DNA of 64,000 bases from Planctomycetota bacterium (lineage in GTDB: Bacteria; Planctomycetota; B15-G4), in contig JBBQUR010000012.1 in NCBI GenBank assembly GCA_038212275.1, positions 32,001 through 96,000 of the forward strand, given 5' to 3'. Below the pieces are notes generated by a model. It did no database searches. It was not told where the DNA came from and was given only the letters and a program-made list of their open reading frames with translations. A program made the position numbers and the translations under genes. Within the stretch, counting starts at the first letter, position 1. Each line of letters starts with the position of its first letter. This document shows positions 30,969-39,673 of this stretch, piece after piece.

Positions 30969-32975
30969 GTGGGCGACTGGCGGCGGTCGGGCAGACTGTG
31001 CCGCGGAGGTTTCCATGCCCACGCAGCACGGTTCCGCTTGAAGCTCCCGTCGGAAGCGCGCAAGGCGGCCTGGCGGATCAGCCTGCTCTTCGCGGCCTGC
31101 GGGCTGCTCTGGACAGCGCTCACGAGCTCCGGCTGGACGGACCGCGTGACCGGTGGCACCCGCGAGTTTTCGCCGGTGCACGCGGCGACCGACCTGACCT
31201 TCGTGCTGCTCGCCGCGGTGCTGCTGCACCGGCTGGTGGAGCACGGCTATGCGCGTGTGCGCCGCGCCGAGCAGCGCGAGCTCGACGCCCTGCAGAGCGG
31301 CTCGGATCGCTACCGCGATCTTTTCGAGAGCGCGACCGACATCCTGTGCACGCACGACTTCGACGGGCGGCTCACCACCTTGAATCGCGCCGGCGAACTG
31401 GCGCTCGGCCTCCCGCGCGAACAGGCCATCGGACGGTCGCTCGCTGACCTGGTGGCGCCCGAGGACCTGGAGGCCACTCAGGCGATGTTCGGTCGGGCGC
31501 GGCACGAAGGCGGTGCGATGCGCGCGAACATCCGGCTGATGTCGCAGGATGGCACCCGGATTCCCGTCGAAGTCTCCGCGCACACGATCGACCATCACGG
31601 CCGGCCCGTCGGCGTCCTGTGCATCGCGCGCGACGTGCGCCAGCGCCAGGAGCTGGAGGACCAGCTGCGACAGTCGCAGAAGATGGAGGCCATCGGACGG
31701 CTGGCGGCCGGCGTCGCACACGACCTCAACAATGCCTTCACTGCCATCGCGGGCTACGCGGGCCTCTCCGGATCGCGCCTGGCTCCCGACGATCCGGGCC
31801 AGGCCGAGCTGGCCGGCATCCTGCGCGCGACGGACCGCGCCACGGCGCTGACCAGGCAGTTGCTCGCCCTGAGCCGCCGGCAGCTCGTGACGCCCCGCGT
31901 GCTGGACCTCAACGTGGTGCTCATGGACCTCCAGCCGACGCTGCCGCGCCTGCTCGGCGAGGACATCGAGCTGATCATCGACCCGGCGGCGCAACCGGCC
32001 ACGGTGCTCGCGGACCTCGGGCAGCTCGAGCAGATCATCCTGAATCTCTGCGTGAATGCGCGCGACGCGATGCCGCGCGGCGGCCGGCTGCGGCTGGCCA
32101 CCGCGAATTCCGATTGGGGCATGCCCGTCGCACCGAGTTCGGCAGGCCCGGCGTCGGACGCCTACGTCGTGCTCAGCGTCGAGGACAACGGCACCGGCAT
32201 GGACGCCGAGACGAAGGCGCGCGTCTTCGAACCATTCTTCACGACGCGCGAGCCCGGCACCCGCTCGGGGCTGGGACTCTCCACCGTGTACGGCATCGTG
32301 CGGCAGAGTCGCGGGGCGATCACTTTCGACTCCACGGTCGGCAAGGGCACGACCTTCCGCGTGCTGCTGCCGCTTGCGCTCGAAGATGCCAGCATGACGC
32401 CGATGCCCTTCGACGTCGCGCCGCGCGCCGGCTACGAGACGATCCTGCTCGTCGAGGACGACGACCTCGTGCGTGCGCTCGCGCGGCGCTTCCTGGAACG
32501 CTACCGCTACAAGGTGATCGAGGCGGCGGACGCGGCGGCCGCGCTCGCGCTCTCCGATGCGTCCGATGGGCCCATCGACCTGCTGCTCACCGACGTGGTC
32601 ATGCCTCGCATGAGCGGGCCGGATCTCGCGCGTGAGCTGCAGCGCCGCCGCAGCGGCGTGCGCGTCGTCTTCGTGTCCGGCTACGCGGACTCCACCTTCA
32701 TGCCTGCGGACATGCTCGATGCGGTCCTGCACAAACCCTTCAGCGAGCTGGATCTTGTGCGCAAGGTGCGCCGGGCCCTCGATGCGCCGTCGCCGGGAGC
32801 TTCGGGGACTCCGGGTCGCGCCGCGTCCTCGGCTCGTGCCGGCCAGGCGCCTCCGGGGAGCACCTCGGCCGGCCCGTCGGGCCTCGCATCCCCGCAGGGG
32901 GCCGGCCGGATGGCGGCGCCTGGCGAGAGCTCGCGCGAGTCGCGAGGCCGCTCGTCGGGCCTTCTCGGCCTCTGA
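30969..32975 (+). CDS. Membrane PAS hybrid sensor histidine kinase/receiver (CckA-like); start uncertain
   Basis: Two TM helices, PAS, QKMEAIGRLAAGVAHDLNN H-box, NARDAM, DNGTGM, FEPFFTT, receiver LLTDVVMP and KPF. Confidence 0.92.
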   Translation: MGDWRRSGRLCRGGFHAHAARFRLKLPSEARKAAWRISLLFAACGLLWTALTSSGWTDRVTGGTREFSPVHAATDLTFVLLAAVLLHRLVEHGYARVRRAEQRELDALQSGSDRYRDLFESATDILCTHDFDGRLTTLNRAGELALGLPREQAIGRSLADLVAPEDLEATQAMFGRARHEGGAMRANIRLMSQDGTRIPVEVSAHTIDHHGRPVGVLCIARDVRQRQELEDQLRQSQKMEAIGRLAAGVAHDLNNAFTAIAGYAGLSGSRLAPDDPGQAELAGILRATDRATALTRQLLALSRRQLVTPRVLDLNVVLMDLQPTLPRLLGEDIELIIDPAAQPATVLADLGQLEQIILNLCVNARDAMPRGGRLRLATANSDWGMPVAPSSAGPASDAYVVLSVEDNGTGMDAETKARVFEPFFTTREPGTRSGLGLSTVYGIVRQSRGAITFDSTVGKGTTFRVLLPLALEDASMTPMPFDVAPRAGYETILLVEDDDLVRALARRFLERYRYKVIEAADAAAALALSDASDGPIDLLLTDVVMPRMSGPDLARELQRRRSGVRVVFVSGYADSTFMPADMLDAVLHKPFSELDLVRKVRRALDAPSPGASGTPGRAASSARAGQAPPGSTSAGPSGLASPQGAGRMAAPGESSRESRGRSSGLLGL

Positions 32976-33012
32976 CGGCGGGTGACGGCGGGTGACGGCG
33001 GGTGACGGCGGG
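32973..33012. repeat. 4 x 10-bp perfect direct repeat TGACGGCGGG
   Basis: Begins at the kinase stop codon, upstream of the next gene's putative -10. Confidence 0.95.
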
Positions 33013-33057
33013 GCGGCGAGCGCCGCCCTTGCCGACGATGCTAGAGTCCGCCGCCCC

Positions 33058-34200
33058 ATGGTGGACAAGGCAGCGGTGGACAAGGCAGGCAGATCGTCGG
33101 AGCGGGGCCCGAGGCGGGCCAGGGGACACGGCCGGCCGGCCTCGGCGCGGCTGCGGCAGGTGCGCTGGCAGGACCTTCCGGACCGCGCGCTCCTCGATGT
33201 GCGGCTCTGCGACCTGGCTCCGGTGCTGGCGGAACGCTGGCCCGACTCATGGGTCGCGGGCTGCGTGGAGACCGTCCTGGCGGAACTCGCCGACCGGGGC
33301 TTGAGCTTCCGCCCACACGTCTGGCTGAGCAACGAGTGGTTCTCTCCAGAGGGCGTGCCCGGCATCGCCATCCCGTTCTACCTGGCCCATCCGCGGCTGG
33401 CGCGGCTGGAGAAGCGGCACATGCTCGAGGTGGAGGGCGGCACGCGCGAGGAGTGCCTGCGCATCCTGCGCCACGAGTGCGGCCACGCCCTGCAGCATGC
33501 CTACGAGCTGCATCGGCGTCGCCGCTGGCAGGCGGTGTTCGGCCGCTCGTCGCAGGACTATCCAGCGGCCTATCGTTTCAATCCGCAGAGCCGGGACTTC
33601 GTGCAGCACCTGCGGCTCTACTACGCGCAGAGCCATCCCGACGAGGACTTCGCCGAGACCTTCGCCGTGTGGCTGGGCTCGCGCGCCGGGTGGCGACGCC
33701 GCTATGCCGGATGGCCGGCGCTGGCCAAGCTGCAGTACATGGACCGGCTCATGGCGGAACTGGCCGAACAGCGTCCGACGGTGACGCGGCGCGCGCGCGT
33801 CGATCCGCTGCACCGCCAGACGAAGACGCTCGGCGCGCACTACGCCGAGCGTCAGGCGACCGCGGGGCGGCACGCGCCCGTCGTCGGGGACGCGGAGCTG
33901 CGCACGTTGTTCCCGACACGCGCGCCGCATTCGCGCGGTGCGCGCGGACGCGGCGCGGGCGAACCGGCGGCCTCGTTCCTGCGCCGCAACCGCGCCTCGA
34001 TCCGGGCCTTCGTCGCGCGCGGCACCGGCGAATACCAGCTCACGCTGGATCGCGCGCTGGCCGACTGCATCGCGAGCTGCCGGCGATTGCAGCTGCGGGC
34101 CACGGGCCCCGAGCGCCGCCTGCGCATGGATGTCGCCGTGCTCCTCACGGTGCGGACGATCCAGTTCCACTACAGCGGTCGGAACTGGGTCGCGCTCTGA
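33058..34200 (+). CDS. Putative zinc-binding metallopeptidase
   Basis: WLSNEWFSP..PGIAIPFYLAHPRL, RHECGHA (HExxH), YAQSHPDEDFAETFAVWL. Confidence 0.85.
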   Translation: MVDKAAVDKAGRSSERGPRRARGHGRPASARLRQVRWQDLPDRALLDVRLCDLAPVLAERWPDSWVAGCVETVLAELADRGLSFRPHVWLSNEWFSPEGVPGIAIPFYLAHPRLARLEKRHMLEVEGGTREECLRILRHECGHALQHAYELHRRRRWQAVFGRSSQDYPAAYRFNPQSRDFVQHLRLYYAQSHPDEDFAETFAVWLGSRAGWRRRYAGWPALAKLQYMDRLMAELAEQRPTVTRRARVDPLHRQTKTLGAHYAERQATAGRHAPVVGDAELRTLFPTRAPHSRGARGRGAGEPAASFLRRNRASIRAFVARGTGEYQLTLDRALADCIASCRRLQLRATGPERRLRMDVAVLLTVRTIQFHYSGRNWVAL

Positions 34201-36034
34201 TCGCGGTCTGCAGCGCGTCGATCAGCGCCTCCGGCGTGAACGGCTTCTGCAGGAAAGCTGCCGGGCCGCCGTGCTTGAAGAGCGACAGGGCGTCCTGCGC
34301 GGAGTAGCCGCTCGTCAGGATCACCGGCATGTCCGGCAGCAGCTCGTGAAGCGCCGCCAGCGTGTCGACACCGCCCAGCGTCGGCATGGTCAGGTCCAGC
34401 AGGATGCAGTCGATCCGGTCGCCCTGGTCGCGGAGAAGCTGCAGCGCCTGTTCTCCGTCGCTGGCCGTGAGGGCGCTGCCGCCGGCGCGCTCCACGACGG
34501 TGCAGGCCACGGTGCGCACGAGTTCCTCGTCGTCCACCACCAGGACGGTGGCCGACAGCGGTGCGCCTTCGCGCGTCGTGACGCGCGGCGCAGGCGACGG
34601 AGGATCGGTCGTCGCCGCCGGATCGGCGAGGCTCAGGCTCGCCGGCGCCGGCGGCAGGAGCACGCGGATGGTGGTGCCCATGCCGGGGGAACTTTCCACG
34701 CGGATGGCTCCGTGATGGCTGCGCACGATGCCGAGCACCGCGGCCAGACCCAGGCCACGACCGGTGAACTTGGTGCTGAAGAACGGATCGAAGATGCGTG
34801 TGAGCGTGGCGGCATCCATGCCGCAACCGGTGTCCGCCACCTGCACCCAGACGTAGGTGCCCGTCGGCAGACCGTCGTCCACCCAGGCGCCCGACAGGAA
34901 GGCACGGTCGGCCTCCATCTGCCCGGTCGAGATGTCGATCGCGCCCGTGCCGTCGCCCAGCGCATCGCTGGCATTCGTGATCAGGTTCATGACGACCTGC
35001 CGGATCTGTCCGGGATCACCGACGAGCGGAGGCAGGTCCGGCACGAAGTCGTAGCGCATCGCTGCCTTCTTGGAGATCGAGACCTCGAGCAGCTCGGCCA
35101 TCTCGCGGACGAGTGCAGAGAGGTCGAAGAGCTCGCTCACGAACCGGCCCTTGCCGGAATACGCGAGCATCTGGCGCGTGAGTTCGGCCGCCCGCCGCGC
35201 GGACGTCTCGATGATGCGGACGGCGGCGTGCTCGGCAGTGCCCTCGGGCAGGTCCGACAGCACCAGTCTCGCGTGGCCCAGAATGCCGACGAGCAGGTTG
35301 TTGAAGTCGTGAGCGATCCCGCCCGCGAGCACGCCCAGGCTCTCGAGCTTCTGCCCGTGCTGGATGGCTGCCGCCAGCCTCGCCCGCTCCGTCTCCGCCT
35401 GCATGCGATCGGTGACGTCGAGCACGTAGCCTTCGTAGTGCGTGATCCGTTCCTGCGCGTCGCGCACGATGATCGTGAAGTCGTAGAGCCAGCGGACCTT
35501 GCCGTCGTGGCGCACGATGCGGTAGTCCTGTTCGAAGAAGGCGGCGCCGCTCTGCGAGAATCCGGCCACCTCGCGGCCCACGCGTTCGAGGTCCTCGGGG
35601 TGGACCACCCGTGCGTACGGCACCACGCCGGTGATGAACTCGTCCGCGGTGTAGCCGAACAGGTTGATCACGTTGGGCGAGACATACTCGACCGGCCAGC
35701 CGCCCGAAGCCGTCCAGCGGAACACGGTGACCGGCCCGCCGACGAACAGGCGGCGCTCGCGTTTCAGCGCTTCGATCGCGCCGGCCAGTTCGGCCGTGCG
35801 ATCGACGACGCGCCGCTCGAGTTCGACATGCTGGGCGTGCGCGGCGTCTTGGGCGCGTGCGCGTTCAGCGCGCGCCGCCTCCAGCTTCGCAGCAAGGCGT
35901 GCGGCGCGCCGACACGCCAGCAACCATCCGAGCAGCGCCGCGACGAGCAGCAGCACCGCGACGACAAACCAGGTCGCCGGCACGGGGCCTGAAGCGGCGA
36001 GGGCTGCGGACGGACTCACGCTCGGTCGTGGCAC
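34145..36034 (-). CDS. PAS/PAC hybrid sensor histidine kinase/receiver
   Basis: N-terminal TM, PAS (VHPEDL), QKLESLGVLAGGIAHDFNN, DTGCGM, GRGLGLAAV, receiver LLDLTMP and KPF. Confidence 0.93.
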   Translation of the reverse strand: MPRPSVSPSAALAASGPVPATWFVVAVLLLVAALLGWLLACRRAARLAAKLEAARAERARAQDAAHAQHVELERRVVDRTAELAGAIEALKRERRLFVGGPVTVFRWTASGGWPVEYVSPNVINLFGYTADEFITGVVPYARVVHPEDLERVGREVAGFSQSGAAFFEQDYRIVRHDGKVRWLYDFTIIVRDAQERITHYEGYVLDVTDRMQAETERARLAAAIQHGQKLESLGVLAGGIAHDFNNLLVGILGHARLVLSDLPEGTAEHAAVRIIETSARRAAELTRQMLAYSGKGRFVSELFDLSALVREMAELLEVSISKKAAMRYDFVPDLPPLVGDPGQIRQVVMNLITNASDALGDGTGAIDISTGQMEADRAFLSGAWVDDGLPTGTYVWVQVADTGCGMDAATLTRIFDPFFSTKFTGRGLGLAAVLGIVRSHHGAIRVESSPGMGTTIRVLLPPAPASLSLADPAATTDPPSPAPRVTTREGAPLSATVLVVDDEELVRTVACTVVERAGGSALTASDGEQALQLLRDQGDRIDCILLDLTMPTLGGVDTLAALHELLPDMPVILTSGYSAQDALSLFKHGGPAAFLQKPFTPEALIDALQTAIRARPSSDRCSGTGSSAP

Positions 36035-36198
36035 GGTGCGCAGGCTAGCGCGGCATGGGCGCCTCGCGCAGGCGTTCCAGAGACGACAGGCTCAAGCACG
36101 ACGCCCGGCCTCGCGCGCCCTGCTTGTCGCACGCCCTGCCCGGTCGCACGCCCGACCTTCGCTTGCCCGGCCTTCGCGCGCCCGGCTTGTCGCGCCGC

Positions 36199-37017
36199 TC
36201 ACGGCCGCTGGAAGCGCAGCAGGTAGTTCTCCGAAAGGCCGTCGACCTTGACGTCCTCCAGCAGCACGAATCCCGCCGCTTCCACTTCGGTGCGCACGTC
36301 GGCCTTGCTGACCCGCATGTGATTCAGGACCCACGGCCGGCTCGTGCCCGGGATGCGCTCGAAATCCACGATCACGAGGGTGCCGCCCGGCCGCAGCGCG
36401 CGCCGGAGGCTGGCCAGCGTGTCCTGCGGGTGCTCGAAGTGATGGTAGGTGTCGCACACGAAGGCAAGGTCGAGCGACGTGTCGGGCAGTTCGAGGGAGT
36501 GGTCGGTGCAGGCACGCACGTCGATCTGCGGCAGCTCGAGTGCGACGGCGCGCTCGCGCAGGTGCTCCAGGAACGGGGCCGAGATCTCCAGCACGAAGAG
36601 CTTGCCGTGCGGGCCGACGGCCTGCGCGAGAGGCTCCATGAAGAGCCCCGTGCCCGCGCCCACATCCGCGACGCCCATGCCGCGTTTCACGCCCAGCGCC
36701 GCCACGATGTGGTCGCGGTACTTCGCGATCTCGCGCGACTCGCCCTCGAAGGCCTTCACGAACTCGTCCACGTTCATCGCAGGGTCGAGGAAGGGCTGGT
36801 TGATTCCCGGCTTGCCGCCGGTGTCGGTCGCGGAGGTCGCGGCGGCTCCGGCGGACGCGGTCGCCCCTGTCGCCCCGGCGGACGCGGCGGACGGCGCGCT
36901 GCACGCGGACAACCAGAGCGCCAGGCCGCACAGCAGCCACGCGCCGGGTCGCGGCGGCGCGGACGCCGCGGAGCGTGCGGGCGACACGGAACGGGAAGCT
37001 GTTCTCGACATGCGCAT
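36199..37017 (-). CDS. Class I SAM-dependent methyltransferase with lipoprotein signal
   Basis: LALWLSAC lipobox; VADVGAGTG; DTYHHFEHP; LRPGGTLVIVDF. Confidence 0.88.
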   Translation of the reverse strand: MRMSRTASRSVSPARSAASAPPRPGAWLLCGLALWLSACSAPSAASAGATGATASAGAAATSATDTGGKPGINQPFLDPAMNVDEFVKAFEGESREIAKYRDHIVAALGVKRGMGVADVGAGTGLFMEPLAQAVGPHGKLFVLEISAPFLEHLRERAVALELPQIDVRACTDHSLELPDTSLDLAFVCDTYHHFEHPQDTLASLRRALRPGGTLVIVDFERIPGTSRPWVLNHMRVSKADVRTEVEAAGFVLLEDVKVDGLSENYLLRFQRP

Positions 37018-37091
37018 GGTGGTGGGCTCCGGTCGGGTGGTTTGCGAAGGACGAGGCGGGGAGGCCTTCCGGGCTGCGGAACGCGGCGGGA

Positions 37092-39527
37092 TCAGAGACA
37101 GGGTTGCGGTCGGCCGTCCGCACCCGGCGTGCAGGGCACCCAGGCGAGTCCGGCGAAGTGCACGCTGATGTCGGCGGCTTTCGGTTTGATGGTCACGTCG
37201 GCCAGCACGTCCGTCACGGCATCGTAGCGGCTCTCCTGGCGCGCGACCTCGGCCGCGAACTCGGCTTCGAGCGCCGCCGTGGCGTCCTGCACGGCGCGCT
37301 CGGTTTCCTGCGCGCGGGCCACGTCGGCGTTTTCCTTTCCGATGCGGCCCGCGCTCTTGATGGCCGTGCCCATGCGCGACGCCGATCCCGCCGAGACGAA
37401 CTTGCGCCCGAACATGGAGCCGAGCAGCGCAGCACCGAAGGACACGGCGGTGTCCAGCTTGCGCTGTCCGGCCTGCGAGGACTCGCGCTGCACGGCTTGC
37501 TGCGCGCGCAGGCGGCGCGCCTCCAGCGTGGCGAACTTCTGGCCGTATCGGGCGTGCAGCCTGGCGACGGCCGCGTCACGCAGCTCGCGAGCGGCGGCGG
37601 CGAGGCGGATGCGGAAGTCGCGCTCGGACTCGCCCGGCGTCGAGGTGAGTTTCAGCGCGTCGCTGCGCAGCAGTTGCAGCGGGCGCTCGGTGCGCAGGTG
37701 TTTCTGAAGTGCCGACTGCCACGCTTCCTGCTGCCGGGGGCGGCTCACGGCGGCGGGGCAGGGCAGGAAGCGGCCGTCGGGCGGGGCGTTGCGCGACACG
37801 CTGGCGAGGTCGAGCGACAACTCGCGCGCCGCGGACCATTCCACCGGCACGGGTCCGTCGGAAATGGGCGCCAGCAGCAGCAGTCGCCGGCTCTGCTCCA
37901 CACGCATCGGGCCGCTGCTGTAGAGCACGTCCGCGGCGCCGAACGCGAACGGCGCGCACACGACCGGCCCCGCGACGCCGACGGGCATCGGCAGGAAGCA
38001 CTGGGGCATCCCCGGCGACAGCAGCGGCGGCGACGCGGCCGGCGCCGGGCCCGCTGCGCGCGCCTCGGCCGCGCCTGCACCGGCCGTCGGTGCGGGCTGT
38101 TCGGCGGGGCGGGCGGCCGGCTGCGTCTCGTGCGAGAGGCGGCGCAACTGCTCGCGCGTCAGCGGGCCGGCCAGATAACTCAGCGTCCAGCGCGTCTGAA
38201 ATACGACGGGCGCCTTCTCGTGGACGTTGTGCATGAGGAAGACGCGCTGCCCGAGTCCCGCGAGCACCTGCTCCATGCGCTGCCGGTCGAAGCTGCCGCC
38301 GGCGGCCGCGCCCTCCAGGCCCTCCAGCACGCGCTGCTTGTCGCGCTCCGTCTGCAGGCGCCCGATGAACCACGTGCCGGCATTCGACAGCGCCTTGTAG
38401 TCGAGGTCCACCGGATTCTGCGTGGCCAGCACGAGCCCCAGGCCATAGGCGCGCGCCTGCTTGAGCAGCGTGAGCAGAGGCTGCTTGCTCGGCGGGTTGG
38501 CGACGGGCGGCAGGTAGCCGAAGAGCTCGTCCATGTAGAGCAGCGCGCGCAGGCTGGACGTTCCGGGCTGCGTGCGCACCCAGCAGAGGAGCTCGGACAA
38601 CAGCAGCGTCACGAAGAACATGCGTTCGCTGTCGGAGAGATGCGCGATGGAGAGGATGGAGACCTTCGGCTTGCCGCTGTCGGCGTGCAGCAGGCGGCCG
38701 ATGTCCAGCGGTTCGCCGGCACCCCACGCCGCGAACCCCGGCGCAGCGAGCAGGTTGTTGAGGCGCATCGCGAAGGCGAAGCGCTCCTTCGCCGGGAAAA
38801 AGCTCTCGAGGTCCAGCACGCCGACGCGCGCAATGGGCGGCTGCTGCAGCAGCCCGATGAGGTCAGCGAGTGCCACGTCGCGGCCTGCGGTCCATTGCTG
38901 CTCGAGAATGAGCGAGAGCAGGATGTGCTCGCGGCTGGAGAGCGGGTCGCCGTCGATGCCGAGCAGCGCGAGCAGGCCGGTGGCGGTGGACTGCACGCGG
39001 TCGCGCAGCAGGTCGCCGTCGGCGAGCAGGGCGGGCGGGGGCGCGCGGAAGCCGGAGAGCAGCGCGATGGGCGTGCCGGCCGTGCTCCCCGGCGTGTAGA
39101 CCGTGATGTCCACGGCGTCGCGCAGGCGCGCGATGCGCGCACCGTCCTGGCCCCAGCTCGCCAGGCCGTCGCGCCAGCGCGCGGCGGTGGCTGCGGCGAA
39201 GACCTCCGGCGTCTGCCCGGCGGTGGCTGCCTCCTGCGCGTTGACCCACGGCAGGAAGTCCTCGCTGCGCAGGGCGGGAAAGGTCAGCGCGAGGTTGCCG
39301 AGGTCGCCCTTGGGGTCGATCGCCAGCACCGGCACGCGGTCGATGGCGGCTTCCTCGATGAGATCCAGGCCGAGGCCCGTCTTGCCGCTGCCCGTCATGC
39401 CGATGATCACGGCGTGTGTGGTCAGGTCGCGGCTGTCGTACAGCAGCAGCTCGTCGCGCGCCTTGCCGGCGGCGAGGTCGTGGAGGCGGCCCAGGTAGAA
39501 GGCGCCGAGAATCTCGAAGTCCTGCAT
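37092..39527 (-). CDS. HerA/FtsK-superfamily (DUF87-like) ATPase with C-terminal coiled coil
   Basis: LTTHAVIIGMTGSGKT Walker A, IDPKGD, LYMDE Walker B, KQARAYGLGLVLATQNP. Confidence 0.85.
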   Translation of the reverse strand: MQDFEILGAFYLGRLHDLAAGKARDELLLYDSRDLTTHAVIIGMTGSGKTGLGLDLIEEAAIDRVPVLAIDPKGDLGNLALTFPALRSEDFLPWVNAQEAATAGQTPEVFAAATAARWRDGLASWGQDGARIARLRDAVDITVYTPGSTAGTPIALLSGFRAPPPALLADGDLLRDRVQSTATGLLALLGIDGDPLSSREHILLSLILEQQWTAGRDVALADLIGLLQQPPIARVGVLDLESFFPAKERFAFAMRLNNLLAAPGFAAWGAGEPLDIGRLLHADSGKPKVSILSIAHLSDSERMFFVTLLLSELLCWVRTQPGTSSLRALLYMDELFGYLPPVANPPSKQPLLTLLKQARAYGLGLVLATQNPVDLDYKALSNAGTWFIGRLQTERDKQRVLEGLEGAAAGGSFDRQRMEQVLAGLGQRVFLMHNVHEKAPVVFQTRWTLSYLAGPLTREQLRRLSHETQPAARPAEQPAPTAGAGAAEARAAGPAPAASPPLLSPGMPQCFLPMPVGVAGPVVCAPFAFGAADVLYSSGPMRVEQSRRLLLLAPISDGPVPVEWSAARELSLDLASVSRNAPPDGRFLPCPAAVSRPRQQEAWQSALQKHLRTERPLQLLRSDALKLTSTPGESERDFRIRLAAAARELRDAAVARLHARYGQKFATLEARRLRAQQAVQRESSQAGQRKLDTAVSFGAALLGSMFGRKFVSAGSASRMGTAIKSAGRIGKENADVARAQETERAVQDATAALEAEFAAEVARQESRYDAVTDVLADVTIKPKAADISVHFAGLAWVPCTPGADGRPQPCL

Positions 39528-39558
39528 GAAGCGTCCTGCCTGCTGATCCGGGGCGGGG

Positions 39559-39646
39559 ATTGTACGCAGGAGCAGGTTGTCGCCGATGCGCCACCGATGC
39601 GAGGGCGATGCGCCGGTGTTCCGCCGCAGCGCGTCAGCGCTACAAT
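39559..39646. promoter_or_regulatory. Divergent -10 elements (TACAAT on each strand) for the ATPase and the kinase
   Basis: TACAAT on minus strand 39564-39559 and on plus strand 39641-39646 in a GC-rich intergenic gap. Confidence 0.5.
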
Positions 39647-39673
39647 CGCCGGCCCAAGGAAGTCGCGATCTCC

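Noticed and set aside
28107..33371. 1754-aa minus-strand ORF and similar long shadow ORFs (13066-16161, 19429-22125, 55676-59068)
   Set aside because: Antisense shadows of well-supported genes, expected at high GC
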